From an uncultured Lachnospiraceae bacterium (GTDB lineage Bacteria > Bacillota > Clostridia > Lachnospirales > Lachnospiraceae), in assembly GCA_944380065.1 (NCBI GenBank), contig CALWGM010000114.1, positions 31,082-95,081 on the forward strand: a stretch of 64,000 nucleotides of DNA, in the 5' to 3' direction. A program made the position numbers and the translations under genes. A model generated the notes under the pieces. That model was not told the origin of the DNA and did no database searches. It saw only the letters and a program-made list of their open reading frames with translations. Shown here piece after piece: positions 7,801 to 15,840 of this stretch; the stretch's first letter is position 1; each line of letters begins with the position of its first letter.

Positions 7801-10800
7801 TCCAGGCCACGGCTCAGCAGATTCAGGGCGCTGTAGAAAACAGAGGCATACGCATCATTCCCCTTTTCAAAATAGGAATCTGCCTTTTTCAGTAACTGCG
7901 CCTGGAAATACGGATGTTTGACGAGGGCGCCGATCATCCACACCATCGCAAACAAAAGATCCGTATCCGTTTTTTTCTTCAGCGCGGAATCGATATACAG
8001 CTTCTCCCATTTTTCGCTCATGCTGTAATCTTCAAAGGGATGCCGCAGAATCTTTTCCAGAGATCCAAATTCTGTCTGCTGTTCACACCTTGCAAAACAG
8101 CCTTCCCTGTAAAAACGAATGACAAATTCTATTTCCTGATTTGTTTCTCTGCTGCCGCCCACCGCCATTTGACGCAGCCAGTCCAGAAGTTCCTTCCGCT
8201 CTTCTTCCGGGGTCTCCAGCAACACTCCGAACAGGCTCCGGATCAGCCCTCCATGATTGCCGGGATCCGCCTGAACCCTGATTTCAAAGGAAATATCTTC
8301 TTTATCCTCCTTCCAGGCATGCAAAATCAGCGGCTTCCAGTTTCCGGTAATCGCTCCCAGATACGCTTCCGTAAGCATCCGGATCTGTTTTTGACTCCTG
8401 TTCATGAATGAGTCTGCAACTTCCCTGCGCTTTTCACTGATAGCAGCGCCCTTCGCATATGTCTTATCCGAATATGCGTGGAACAGATAATATTCTCCGG
8501 TATCTTTTGAAAAATCATAATCTTCAATCTGGCCGGTCCACTGGTTCACAATACAGAGAGCATCCAGTGTAGCCAGCATATATGCATAATCCTGCTGTCT
8601 TCTTCTGTAGTAGGAGGCAGCGCCTTTCGATGGCCGCAACCGCACCAGCTCCCGCAGGCACCGGTGGAGTTCCGGAATAAAACCGGCCGGATCTGTACAG
8701 CACAGATGGAACAGCGCGTGATATGCCCCGTAATCATTTTTAAACATGGAAAGGATATGTCCGATCACATGAACCGTTTCCTTTACCTGCCCGTTTACAA
8801 TACCCGCGTCTGTAATTTCATTCAGCTGCTGAATACTCGGCATATTGCCGTCCGGCATAATCAGCCGGAGCATCATCCGGTTTTCCGTATTATCCGCCCA
8901 TTCGCGCAGTTCGTCCGTATCTTTCCGGGCAAGCTCATCCACCAGTTCTTTGTAGTTCATGGGATTCAGAACATCCTTCAGCTGCCCAAGGATCTCCCCT
9001 GCCTCAGAAATTCTTCCGTCCGCCATAAGATTGGCAGCCAGCACCACTCCCAGATTACAATTCTTTCCAAAAATTTCTGATTTGTAAAATTCAATGCCGT
9101 AATTCAAAGCCTCTGCATTTCCGCTCTTTTCTGCAATCAGAAGGGATGCCCGGATCAGGGAATGTCCCGGTTCGCTTCCCTTATACCTGACGCAGACAGC
9201 TTTCACAAGTTCCGGCATTTTTGCGTCATTTCCCAGACAGGATAAGTATTCAGGATTTTCAGTCAGCCTGTGTTCCATATATTTCCGGCAGTTTTCCACA
9301 GTCTGATCATCTTTGGCATTCGCCCAGTTCAGCAGGGTCTGCAGCAGCAATTCCTTCTGCTCATACTTTTCACAGTAGGAGGCACATCCTTCACATCCAT
9401 CCGCATTGTAAATGCTGTTGATATACAGCAGCTTGCTGTAAGCAACCGGGTTATCCTGGATAGGCAGCGAAACACTCTGTTCCCAGACTTCCGGATTGCC
9501 AAGATTGCTGTACAGCTTCCGGATCAGTTCATTACTGTCATCCTCTGAGAGCATCCTCGTCTGGCTGGTATCCGCTGCAGCCTCCGCAGCCCCCGGCTGC
9601 AGTTTCGGACTGACGCTGGACGCAAATTTCATGTATTCAAAAATCTCATCCATTCTCAGTTCAGTCAGGACTTTCTTAAACAGATCAAAATAGCTGGGTA
9701 TGTTATAGCCCCAAGTCGTCTTTAAAAGATTATTAATCCTGCCTCCGGTCCGGCTGTCCATATTATCCAGCGGATACTCCACCAGCATACGCAGAATATA
9801 CTCTGCATGATTGGTCTGGTTTCTTTCGCATTTCAGGAAATACAGACACAACAGCCCCTCCACTGTATGATATGCCCTGACATGGGAAATACAGCGCTCC
9901 TCTGCAGAATCAAGAATTTCTTCCGGAAAGGCTCCCCGCATCAGGGTATCCGTATACAGGGTATATACACATCTCTGCAGTTCAGCATGCCCCGTCAGTT
10001 CCCTCTCATTTCCCAGAGAGTGGAAAAACAGTACCAGTTCTTTTGCCAGTCCATCTGTCCCGGCCAGACTGACCAGGCTGTGATACACATGCGGATTTGT
10101 AAGAATTCTTACATCTTTCAGCAGCGGAAGCAGCGGAAGCACCTGCGCCTCATCCTGCGGAAAATCTGAGAGAATGCGGCCTATCCTGTCGCCTTTCTCT
10201 TCCGCATCGCCTGCGTCCTCTGACAAAATCTGCCGGATCTCCAGAAGATCAATCTCTCCTTCTAAATTCTTTACCGCATCGCCATAGATTACCCGCAGCC
10301 GCCTCAGTTCCTCCAGCGTAAAGTCCGGAAGCCGCTCCGTCACCTGGCTGAGGAATGCCGCCGACAGATCTTCCAGTTCCCCGACGCCCAGCACATGATA
10401 CAGGTAAAGCGCCAGTTCCGGATGATGCGTTTCGACAGCCTGGCGCTGGATGGACAGCAGGCTCGTTTCACTTAAACTTCCCTCGCCTGTGACAATCGTC
10501 CGGATCACATCTGCGTCAAATACTCTGATCCACTGATCAAACAGCTGTATCAGGATCCGATTCACATCTTCCTGCCTCCCGCATTCATACAGCGTATGGA
10601 TCAGCAGTGCCCCCCAGGCCTGATACCATGCTGCTTCTGATTTTGCATCATCAGGATTCGTAATCTGCGGCATGGGAATCCGATCGTGATCCGCAACGGT
10701 CTTCAGTTTGGCAATAAACAGCTGCATCATCCTGCCCCAGCTGTTTTCTTTCACTGCACATTCGGAGGCAAATTTAAGATAATTTTCTCTCTTAAATAAA

Positions 10801-13800
10801 AGATCCAGATATAATCCCTCATTTTCATCTCTGAGCGCAGGATACTCCTGCATCAGGGACAATAAAGCAGATTCATCTCCTGTATCCAGATAAATATCAC
10901 GCAAAAGATGGACTGCCTGCAAGTCAGGAACCGCAAATTTCGCAAACATTTCTGCCGCGTTCTGATAATTTCCCGCCATAGCATAAATACGGCCGGCAAT
11001 ACTGCACGCGTCCATCCCATGCGGGTAAGCCTCTGCCTGATACACGCCTGCGATCGAAGACGCAAACGGATCCCGGACTCCCAGCTTCTTCGCAGCCTCA
11101 GAATTGGCGTATTCTCTCAGGGAGCGTTCCAGACAGATGATACTCCTCAGCAGCGGATCATTCAGAAGCAGACTTAACCTCCTGATCCGGGAGTAGAACG
11201 CGGAGACTTCTCTGTCCTCACTGCTCTCCTGTCCGGAGACAGCGTCGCTGACCCATGTCTGTGTACCGGCCATGAAGGCCAGGCATTCCTGAAGATTTGC
11301 GCGGATATAATCCATGGCAGATACCGGATCCTCTTTGATTCGTGCCAGTAAATAGAGATGCCTGCAGGATCCGTTCTGAGAATACTTTGCGCGGAAGCAT
11401 TCATACAATTTGCAGCATTCATCCCATCTGCCTTCCTCAGCAAGAAGAACCATCAATTCCGCCGCAGGAACATCCCGGTTATCGGCAATTCCCTTCCACA
11501 TGTAATATTCCGCCAGGGAATGTTTATTTTTCTGATATCGGTAAAATCTCCGCCCGATATTGACAGCCGTGTCCCCCTCGCCAAATGGGCTGTCTTCTTT
11601 CGTGCTGCAGGCTTTCCTGATTCTGGCAGCTTCCTCTTCTGAATAGCCGAGTTCGCTTAATTTTGCCTCCTGCAGGACAAATTCGCGAATCCTGTCGGTA
11701 TCACCCTCACAGACCGCCTGTTCAAAATCATTCATTTCGCCGGCAGATGCAAAACATTCCAGACGTTCTGCAAATTTCTGCTTTTCTTCAGGATCCAGAA
11801 TCTGATCCGGCAGCAGCAGACACTGGCTAATGACCTCAGGCTGGTACATTAAGAAACAATGCTCGCTTAAATATACCCGGGCCGCAGACGGATCGCTTTC
11901 ACACAGGATTCCCAGATACGCAGCCTGCTCTTTCAGGCTGGTATGGTTTTCACTGGCATAGTTATGAAACAGATACATATACGCTTCTTTTTTCCCTTCA
12001 TGCCGGTATAATTCCAGCAATGCATGGAAGCTCTTTTCTTCATCAAACAGAAGACCCATGATATCATAGCACTCAGCCAGCCCCCCATCATTTCCGATCA
12101 CCCGGTAAAGACGCTCTGCCGCCGCCCGGAAAGTCATGTCCGCAGGCAGATCTCCCTGTTTCAGCACTGCCATTCCCGCCTCTGTGCAGAAAGGATCTGT
12201 CGGGTTCTCTGCAAAGTAATCCCGTAAAGCCTCCCGTTCACCAAAGACCAGCATCTTCGCCACTGTATTTTCACACAGGCACTTTGTTATTTTGTGGATT
12301 GCATAAAGATCTCTGCCGATGGTATTGATCTTATACAGAAGTTCTTCCGGATCGGGTCTTTCGACAGTTTCCCCGCCGCCTGCGTCGGTATCCTCAAACG
12401 CAGCCCGGCACTCTCTGACCCGGCTTTCGACCGCATCCAGCCCGGAAAGATATTCCCGCTCCTCCGGCTGGGTTCCCACTAATATTTTTGCGGCGATCCG
12501 TTCGGAGGTAAATTCCACAAAATGAGAAGTCACCCGCTCGATTTTTTCCATAACCCCCTCATCCACAATACTTTTTGCGGCCATGACATCTCTCAGATCT
12601 TTGTAATATCCCAGCATGGACAGCAGTACGCCATAATCCACCGCTTCATGGATCCCGGCAGATACAGAAGCCATACGCTCCTGGTCCCTGCGCGGCGTAG
12701 AAATATCCTGCTCTGCCACCACAGAATACAGAACAAAAAATTCATGCGTTTTTCCGGCAATCTCGGAGAAATCAGAAATTGCTTTTCCCGCCTGTTCCAG
12801 TAAAATATTTTTTCCGTCCGCCAGTTCACGGATCTGCCGTATCGTACTCTCTTCCGGATAAGGCCGCTGCAGGACGCCATAATACAGCTGACGCAATTTT
12901 ACACAGTCTGCTTCAAACGCTGCGATCCGTCCGGCGATTGCTTCACCGGGAATCTTCCCGCTGCCCAGGCAATCCAGATACTGCTGCAGAACCGGCGCCA
13001 GCTGTTCCATTTTTTCGCCGACCTCCCCCGCCTTTTCATCCAGCACCGAACAGGGAACTCTGTGAACCGCGGACTTCAGATGTTCTTTCACCCAGCAGCC
13101 CAGGTCTGTCCCGTCATCTGCACAGCAGAAACCTCCCTGGGCAAATGTCTGCTTTGAACCGTCCAGGTTTTTGGGATTCGGGACTAAAATACAGTAAATA
13201 CTCTCATCGCTGCCGCTTTTCTTTAAGCCTGTTTCAAAAGCGAGCCGCGGCTCTTCCTCCTCCATGCCGTCAATCAGGAAGCTGTCCATCCCAAGAAGGA
13301 TCTTTGACATTTGGAGAGCGATCGACGTTTTGGCCATGTCTTCTGTCAGTTCTTCATTAAAAAGGCGCAGCTTTTTTATATTCACGTTCCACCAGTTCAT
13401 ATAAGCAGAAACATGCATTTGCTGTATCTCTGCCAGCTCTGATTTCTGGGGAACCGGTTTAGAAGCCGGTTTGGGTACTGGTACCGGTATCGCATCGTCT
13501 TCTTTTCCATGGGAAAGCCACAAATTGTCTTCCGACACTTTAAAATCCGGAAACACAGCCTGAATCCATTCTCCCAGGCGCATCCCGTCTGCCAGAAGTT
13601 TATAATTAATATTCTCCGGCGAATTGTTCAAAAGATTCGGGATGGTTGACATCAGGATCTTACCTTTCTGTAAAATCTCGTTTTCGAGAATCATCCATGC
13701 CTTCGCCACCCTGTCGTCCGCCATACGGAGTGTTTCATAGCCGTTATTCCCAATCACTGAAAATTCCGGAAAATGGTCTGCAATCCACTTTTTCAGCCCC

Positions 13801-13934
13801 GACGCCGGATACAGCTCCAGGCTGATATCCTCCTGCCCAAAAACAGTTTTTAACGCACTCAGTTTAATAAAACCGCTCCTGCGGATCCGGTTTGACAGTT
13901 TTCGGACAATCATATTTTTTTCTGCTTCTGTCAT
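4839..13934 (-). CDS. Giant (~3031 aa) protein: 2x OST-HTH/LOTUS-like, DUF3825-like, TPR-like helical repeats, Ig-like, C-terminal STAND NTPase and wHTH
   Basis: Uninterrupted 9.1-kb ORF; RBS AGGAGGGGG precedes ATG 13934. FVGRRNE precedes Walker A GVRRTGKTS (5976-6002); Walker B FLIIDEID (5670-5693); LVICGS sensor; YAGGLVW motif. N-terminal LOTUS-like pairs and an FETGL..IY..VPN motif. Confidence 0.8.
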   Translation of the reverse strand: MTEAEKNMIVRKLSNRIRRSGFIKLSALKTVFGQEDISLELYPASGLKKWIADHFPEFSVIGNNGYETLRMADDRVAKAWMILENEILQKGKILMSTIPNLLNNSPENINYKLLADGMRLGEWIQAVFPDFKVSEDNLWLSHGKEDDAIPVPVPKPASKPVPQKSELAEIQQMHVSAYMNWWNVNIKKLRLFNEELTEDMAKTSIALQMSKILLGMDSFLIDGMEEEEPRLAFETGLKKSGSDESIYCILVPNPKNLDGSKQTFAQGGFCCADDGTDLGCWVKEHLKSAVHRVPCSVLDEKAGEVGEKMEQLAPVLQQYLDCLGSGKIPGEAIAGRIAAFEADCVKLRQLYYGVLQRPYPEESTIRQIRELADGKNILLEQAGKAISDFSEIAGKTHEFFVLYSVVAEQDISTPRRDQERMASVSAGIHEAVDYGVLLSMLGYYKDLRDVMAAKSIVDEGVMEKIERVTSHFVEFTSERIAAKILVGTQPEEREYLSGLDAVESRVRECRAAFEDTDAGGGETVERPDPEELLYKINTIGRDLYAIHKITKCLCENTVAKMLVFGEREALRDYFAENPTDPFCTEAGMAVLKQGDLPADMTFRAAAERLYRVIGNDGGLAECYDIMGLLFDEEKSFHALLELYRHEGKKEAYMYLFHNYASENHTSLKEQAAYLGILCESDPSAARVYLSEHCFLMYQPEVISQCLLLPDQILDPEEKQKFAERLECFASAGEMNDFEQAVCEGDTDRIREFVLQEAKLSELGYSEEEAARIRKACSTKEDSPFGEGDTAVNIGRRFYRYQKNKHSLAEYYMWKGIADNRDVPAAELMVLLAEEGRWDECCKLYECFRAKYSQNGSCRHLYLLARIKEDPVSAMDYIRANLQECLAFMAGTQTWVSDAVSGQESSEDREVSAFYSRIRRLSLLLNDPLLRSIICLERSLREYANSEAAKKLGVRDPFASSIAGVYQAEAYPHGMDACSIAGRIYAMAGNYQNAAEMFAKFAVPDLQAVHLLRDIYLDTGDESALLSLMQEYPALRDENEGLYLDLLFKRENYLKFASECAVKENSWGRMMQLFIAKLKTVADHDRIPMPQITNPDDAKSEAAWYQAWGALLIHTLYECGRQEDVNRILIQLFDQWIRVFDADVIRTIVTGEGSLSETSLLSIQRQAVETHHPELALYLYHVLGVGELEDLSAAFLSQVTERLPDFTLEELRRLRVIYGDAVKNLEGEIDLLEIRQILSEDAGDAEEKGDRIGRILSDFPQDEAQVLPLLPLLKDVRILTNPHVYHSLVSLAGTDGLAKELVLFFHSLGNERELTGHAELQRCVYTLYTDTLMRGAFPEEILDSAEERCISHVRAYHTVEGLLCLYFLKCERNQTNHAEYILRMLVEYPLDNMDSRTGGRINNLLKTTWGYNIPSYFDLFKKVLTELRMDEIFEYMKFASSVSPKLQPGAAEAAADTSQTRMLSEDDSNELIRKLYSNLGNPEVWEQSVSLPIQDNPVAYSKLLYINSIYNADGCEGCASYCEKYEQKELLLQTLLNWANAKDDQTVENCRKYMEHRLTENPEYLSCLGNDAKMPELVKAVCVRYKGSEPGHSLIRASLLIAEKSGNAEALNYGIEFYKSEIFGKNCNLGVVLAANLMADGRISEAGEILGQLKDVLNPMNYKELVDELARKDTDELREWADNTENRMMLRLIMPDGNMPSIQQLNEITDAGIVNGQVKETVHVIGHILSMFKNDYGAYHALFHLCCTDPAGFIPELHRCLRELVRLRPSKGAASYYRRRQQDYAYMLATLDALCIVNQWTGQIEDYDFSKDTGEYYLFHAYSDKTYAKGAAISEKRREVADSFMNRSQKQIRMLTEAYLGAITGNWKPLILHAWKEDKEDISFEIRVQADPGNHGGLIRSLFGVLLETPEEERKELLDWLRQMAVGGSRETNQEIEFVIRFYREGCFARCEQQTEFGSLEKILRHPFEDYSMSEKWEKLYIDSALKKKTDTDLLFAMVWMIGALVKHPYFQAQLLKKADSYFEKGNDAYASVFYSALNLLSRGLELYPDVFGRPDYKKALNTTDRIRCRELYEARYRITAAFSNDRAVREKIKRRDFHTWSCLNMILTLLYSPRCDEVLRLSRFFGKGNRKLAEDILTAFDPSVQDEEKLELIGNRANEVEKAYFCYVVKYPYNPRNRDGAITESYALTNSDVREQYNTEYLQSVRALAGNSAISGNRPRKLLLLESRRPDPKAFEQKDPSLWDLPAEEAIREKVMTEEEIPAFARGILPARYEGDLADVLIRHGKIQNLAANMQDKLQLSQIICQHYLADRPSGEELNNALLLYGCDCYYAALAEGNYAGAHQILFDLVRILKYRDPSGEGAEEARRTVQEGLLILVKSSGDLKSLLDCYGENRGLLQYVRGLIADGLIGACVAQIFSVLDGLRNCYMSTAQENQEVLREELSVNYLRLEEIETNRWMEMKNKVQKLINDEINELDQRPVLSFEILNQGSQRYYGSLFGEVHNIGKIDAEEIIIQAAYSDGSSSNQYILKKLSPGGKAVFELDYSTDHTCEQLEYVVTAGFHYADKTLSSTVCKGTLFLEEGAEPDYPTGLLTAYADGIMFKVDEETGEIYSPDFVGRRNETAMLRSLVAGDSFEDYRSALMYGVRRTGKTSLLNYLEAYIGEKKGHIICVKTDCQSIPATEPIQYVFIERVIDTVERKLPALKTENAWEELKHTWSLGYFCADRQPEKLSLFYLDVKELIGEYGLFLIIDEIDRLFERVEQSQMKYHRNLDSLFGSVSEILNSYACRKAVHLVICGSNWLIRYNLKGDRKNQLFQRFGKQVLEVGKLPENDAKELLYLPYRPYPQLIITEEAVKWIWDYAGGLVWHTKLLGEEAVERAKENGRCVVYPSDVRQSIPKVITDLWCKQFYEGCEEGEERDLVDAMQSLAAKKDAYVHLNQLSELMSISRVEIQRVVKVLTGLKILSVHPIDSQLYKFELDIYRRYFRTNSSKYGQVPEEPDIFQIRQPETGSAESRPAVAETSDDSEWYDF

Positions 13935-13981
13935 AGAAATACCCCCTCCTGTTTGATGGTACTGATGAAAGCCTTCCAATC

Positions 13982-14028
13982 CTGTATATCATATAACATG
14001 TACCGACTGCTTTTCAAGAGGGGGGAGC
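13982..14028 (-). promoter_or_regulatory. Sigma-A promoter of the giant-gene operon (copy 2 of the degenerate repeat)
   Basis: TTGAAA (14017-14012), 18 bp, TATGAT (13993-13988). An AGGGGGG-AG-CCCCCCT inverted repeat (14019-14034) sits just upstream of the -35. Confidence 0.7.
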
Positions 14029-14067
14029 CCCCCTGCATCCCCCAGCTTCAACTTTTCAAATTTTCAG

Positions 14068-14097
14068 GAATAAAAAAGCCCCATTTGACACACTCTT
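14068..14097 (+). promoter_or_regulatory. Possible sporulation-sigma (sigma-F/G type) promoter of sigG
   Basis: GAATA-N18-CACTCTT resembles the forespore sigma consensus GHATA-N18-CATWHTA. Confidence 0.4.
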
Positions 14098-14172
14098 TGT
14101 GTAAAGAAAAAAGAACGGCTGCCGTATCTTCTACAGCAGCCCCACAGAATCTACCGGAGGTAACAAACACAC

Positions 14173-14958
14173 ATGGCAGCATATAAGGTTGAAATTTGCG
14201 GAGTCAATACTTCCACGCTCCCGATCTTGAAAGAGGAAGAAAAGACAGAACTTTTCCGGAAAATCAGACAGGGGGACCGGTCCGCCAGGGAAGCCTACAT
14301 CAAGGGAAATCTCCGGCTGGTCTTAAGCGTAATCCGGCGGTTTGCCTCCAGCAATGAAAATGTGGACGACCTGTTCCAGATCGGCTGCATCGGCCTGATC
14401 AAATCCATCGACAACTTCGATCCCACCCTGGACGTGAAATTTTCCACCTACGCCGTCCCCATGATCGTGGGGGAGATCCGCCGTTATCTCCGGGATAATA
14501 ACAGTGTCCGCGTCAGCCGCTCCCTGCGCGACACGGCTTACAAAGCCATGCAGGCCAGGGAACAGATGATGCGGACATCCAATTCTGAACCGACGATCCA
14601 CGATATTGCAAAAGAAACCGGCATTCCCACCGAGGATATTGTCTACGCCCTGGACGCCATCCAGACCCCGGTCAGCCTCTATGACCCCATCTACACCGAC
14701 GGCGGGGAACCCCTCTACGTGATGGACCAGATCAGCGACAAGAAAAACCGGGAGGAGCGCTGGGTGGAAAACCTCTCCTTAAGCGACGCCATGAAGCGGC
14801 TCAACGACCGTGAAAACCGCATCATCCGTCTCCGTTTTTTTGAGGGCAAAACCCAGATGGAGGTTGCCTCCGAGATCCACATCTCCCAGGCCCAGGTCAG
14901 CCGCCTGGAAAAAAACGCCCTCAAAACCATGAAAAACTACCTGACCATAAACTGCTGA
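14173..14958 (+). CDS. sigG: RNA polymerase sporulation sigma factor SigG
   Basis: N-terminus YKVEICGVNTSTLPIL, NLRLVLS, DDLFQIGCIGL..SIDNFD, FSTYAVPMIVGEIRRYLRD, C-terminal TQMEVA..I.ISQAQVSRLEK. Confidence 0.96.
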   Translation: MAAYKVEICGVNTSTLPILKEEEKTELFRKIRQGDRSAREAYIKGNLRLVLSVIRRFASSNENVDDLFQIGCIGLIKSIDNFDPTLDVKFSTYAVPMIVGEIRRYLRDNNSVRVSRSLRDTAYKAMQAREQMMRTSNSEPTIHDIAKETGIPTEDIVYALDAIQTPVSLYDPIYTDGGEPLYVMDQISDKKNREERWVENLSLSDAMKRLNDRENRIIRLRFFEGKTQMEVASEIHISQAQVSRLEKNALKTMKNYLTINC

Positions 14959-14961
14959 ACC

Positions 14962-15762
14962 CTACTGCCCATACAGCTTCTGATCGATACACACGCCGTG
15001 CACCACAAAGCGGATGGTATCGCTGGAGGAACAGGTGGAAAGGGTCACGATCCGGTCCTGGTTCGTGGGAACGATCCCCGTATCCTTCATGGAACCGGAA
15101 ACCATCTGATCGATCAGCGCCTGGTACTGCTCGTCGGGCGCATACCCGACGGTATAGATCTCGCTGTCATCCGCCACATTCTCATAAGAGAAAATCTGAT
15201 ACCGGAAAGCGCCCTGCTCCGTGTAAATGGTAAAATACTGGTTGGCGTCATAGAAATTCTCGTCCCGGTTGTACTTTTTCAGCGTGCCGAACATGCTGCC
15301 GTTCTTCATGTTATGACCATACAGGATGTTGTAATAGTCTGAGAAATCCGGCGCGTTCATAGCCTCTAAAAAGATACTCCCGGAAGAATGGCGCTCTCCC
15401 AGCATATCCCGGTAAAGATAGGTATCGTTATCCGCCGCATGCAGGATCGGATAATCCACATTGACCGCATCCGTATCGTCAAAACGGATCCAGCCCACCA
15501 CATCCGGATTGACTGCCTTTAAGCTGTCAAAATCGATCTGCACGCCTGCCCAGTCGTACCCTTCTTCCACCTGGCCGTCCACATCCGCCGTGTCCACATA
15601 CTCCTGCGCCAGCTCCGTGTAATTGTCCGCCGCCTGTTTATAGTCCATCAGGATCGGGATCAGTTTGTACAGGGCAAACGCCATCACCGCCAGCGCAAGG
15701 ATCAGTATCACCGTATTGGCCGCCCGTCCTGCCCTCTTTTTTTCCACACCTTTTCTGCTCAT
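14962..15762 (-). CDS. srtB: Class B sortase
   Basis: N-terminal TM helix; DYPILH..DN..YL, GSIFLE, ILYGHNMKNGSMFGTL, catalytic TLSTC followed by RFVVHG. Confidence 0.92.
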   Translation of the reverse strand: MSRKGVEKKRAGRAANTVILILALAVMAFALYKLIPILMDYKQAADNYTELAQEYVDTADVDGQVEEGYDWAGVQIDFDSLKAVNPDVVGWIRFDDTDAVNVDYPILHAADNDTYLYRDMLGERHSSGSIFLEAMNAPDFSDYYNILYGHNMKNGSMFGTLKKYNRDENFYDANQYFTIYTEQGAFRYQIFSYENVADDSEIYTVGYAPDEQYQALIDQMVSGSMKDTGIVPTNQDRIVTLSTCSSSDTIRFVVHGVCIDQKLYGQ

Positions 15763-15840
15763 ATGTTCCTCTTCCTCTGCATTCAGATTTTATCCTGCGC
15801 CTTCCCGCACCGCCATCCCGGTCAGGAAAAACTGCGGATC

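Noticed and set aside
13935-13979. Extended N-terminus of the giant ORF (MEGFHQYHQTGGGIS)
   Set aside because: It overlaps the transcription start region and contains the RBS itself; ATG 13934 is the better start.
490-14170. Prophage, ICE or integrative element inserted at tRNA-Thr
   Set aside because: No integrase, relaxase, transposase or phage structural gene, and I found no second copy of the tRNA 3' end (TTCCCGTCATCAGC) near the sigG boundary.
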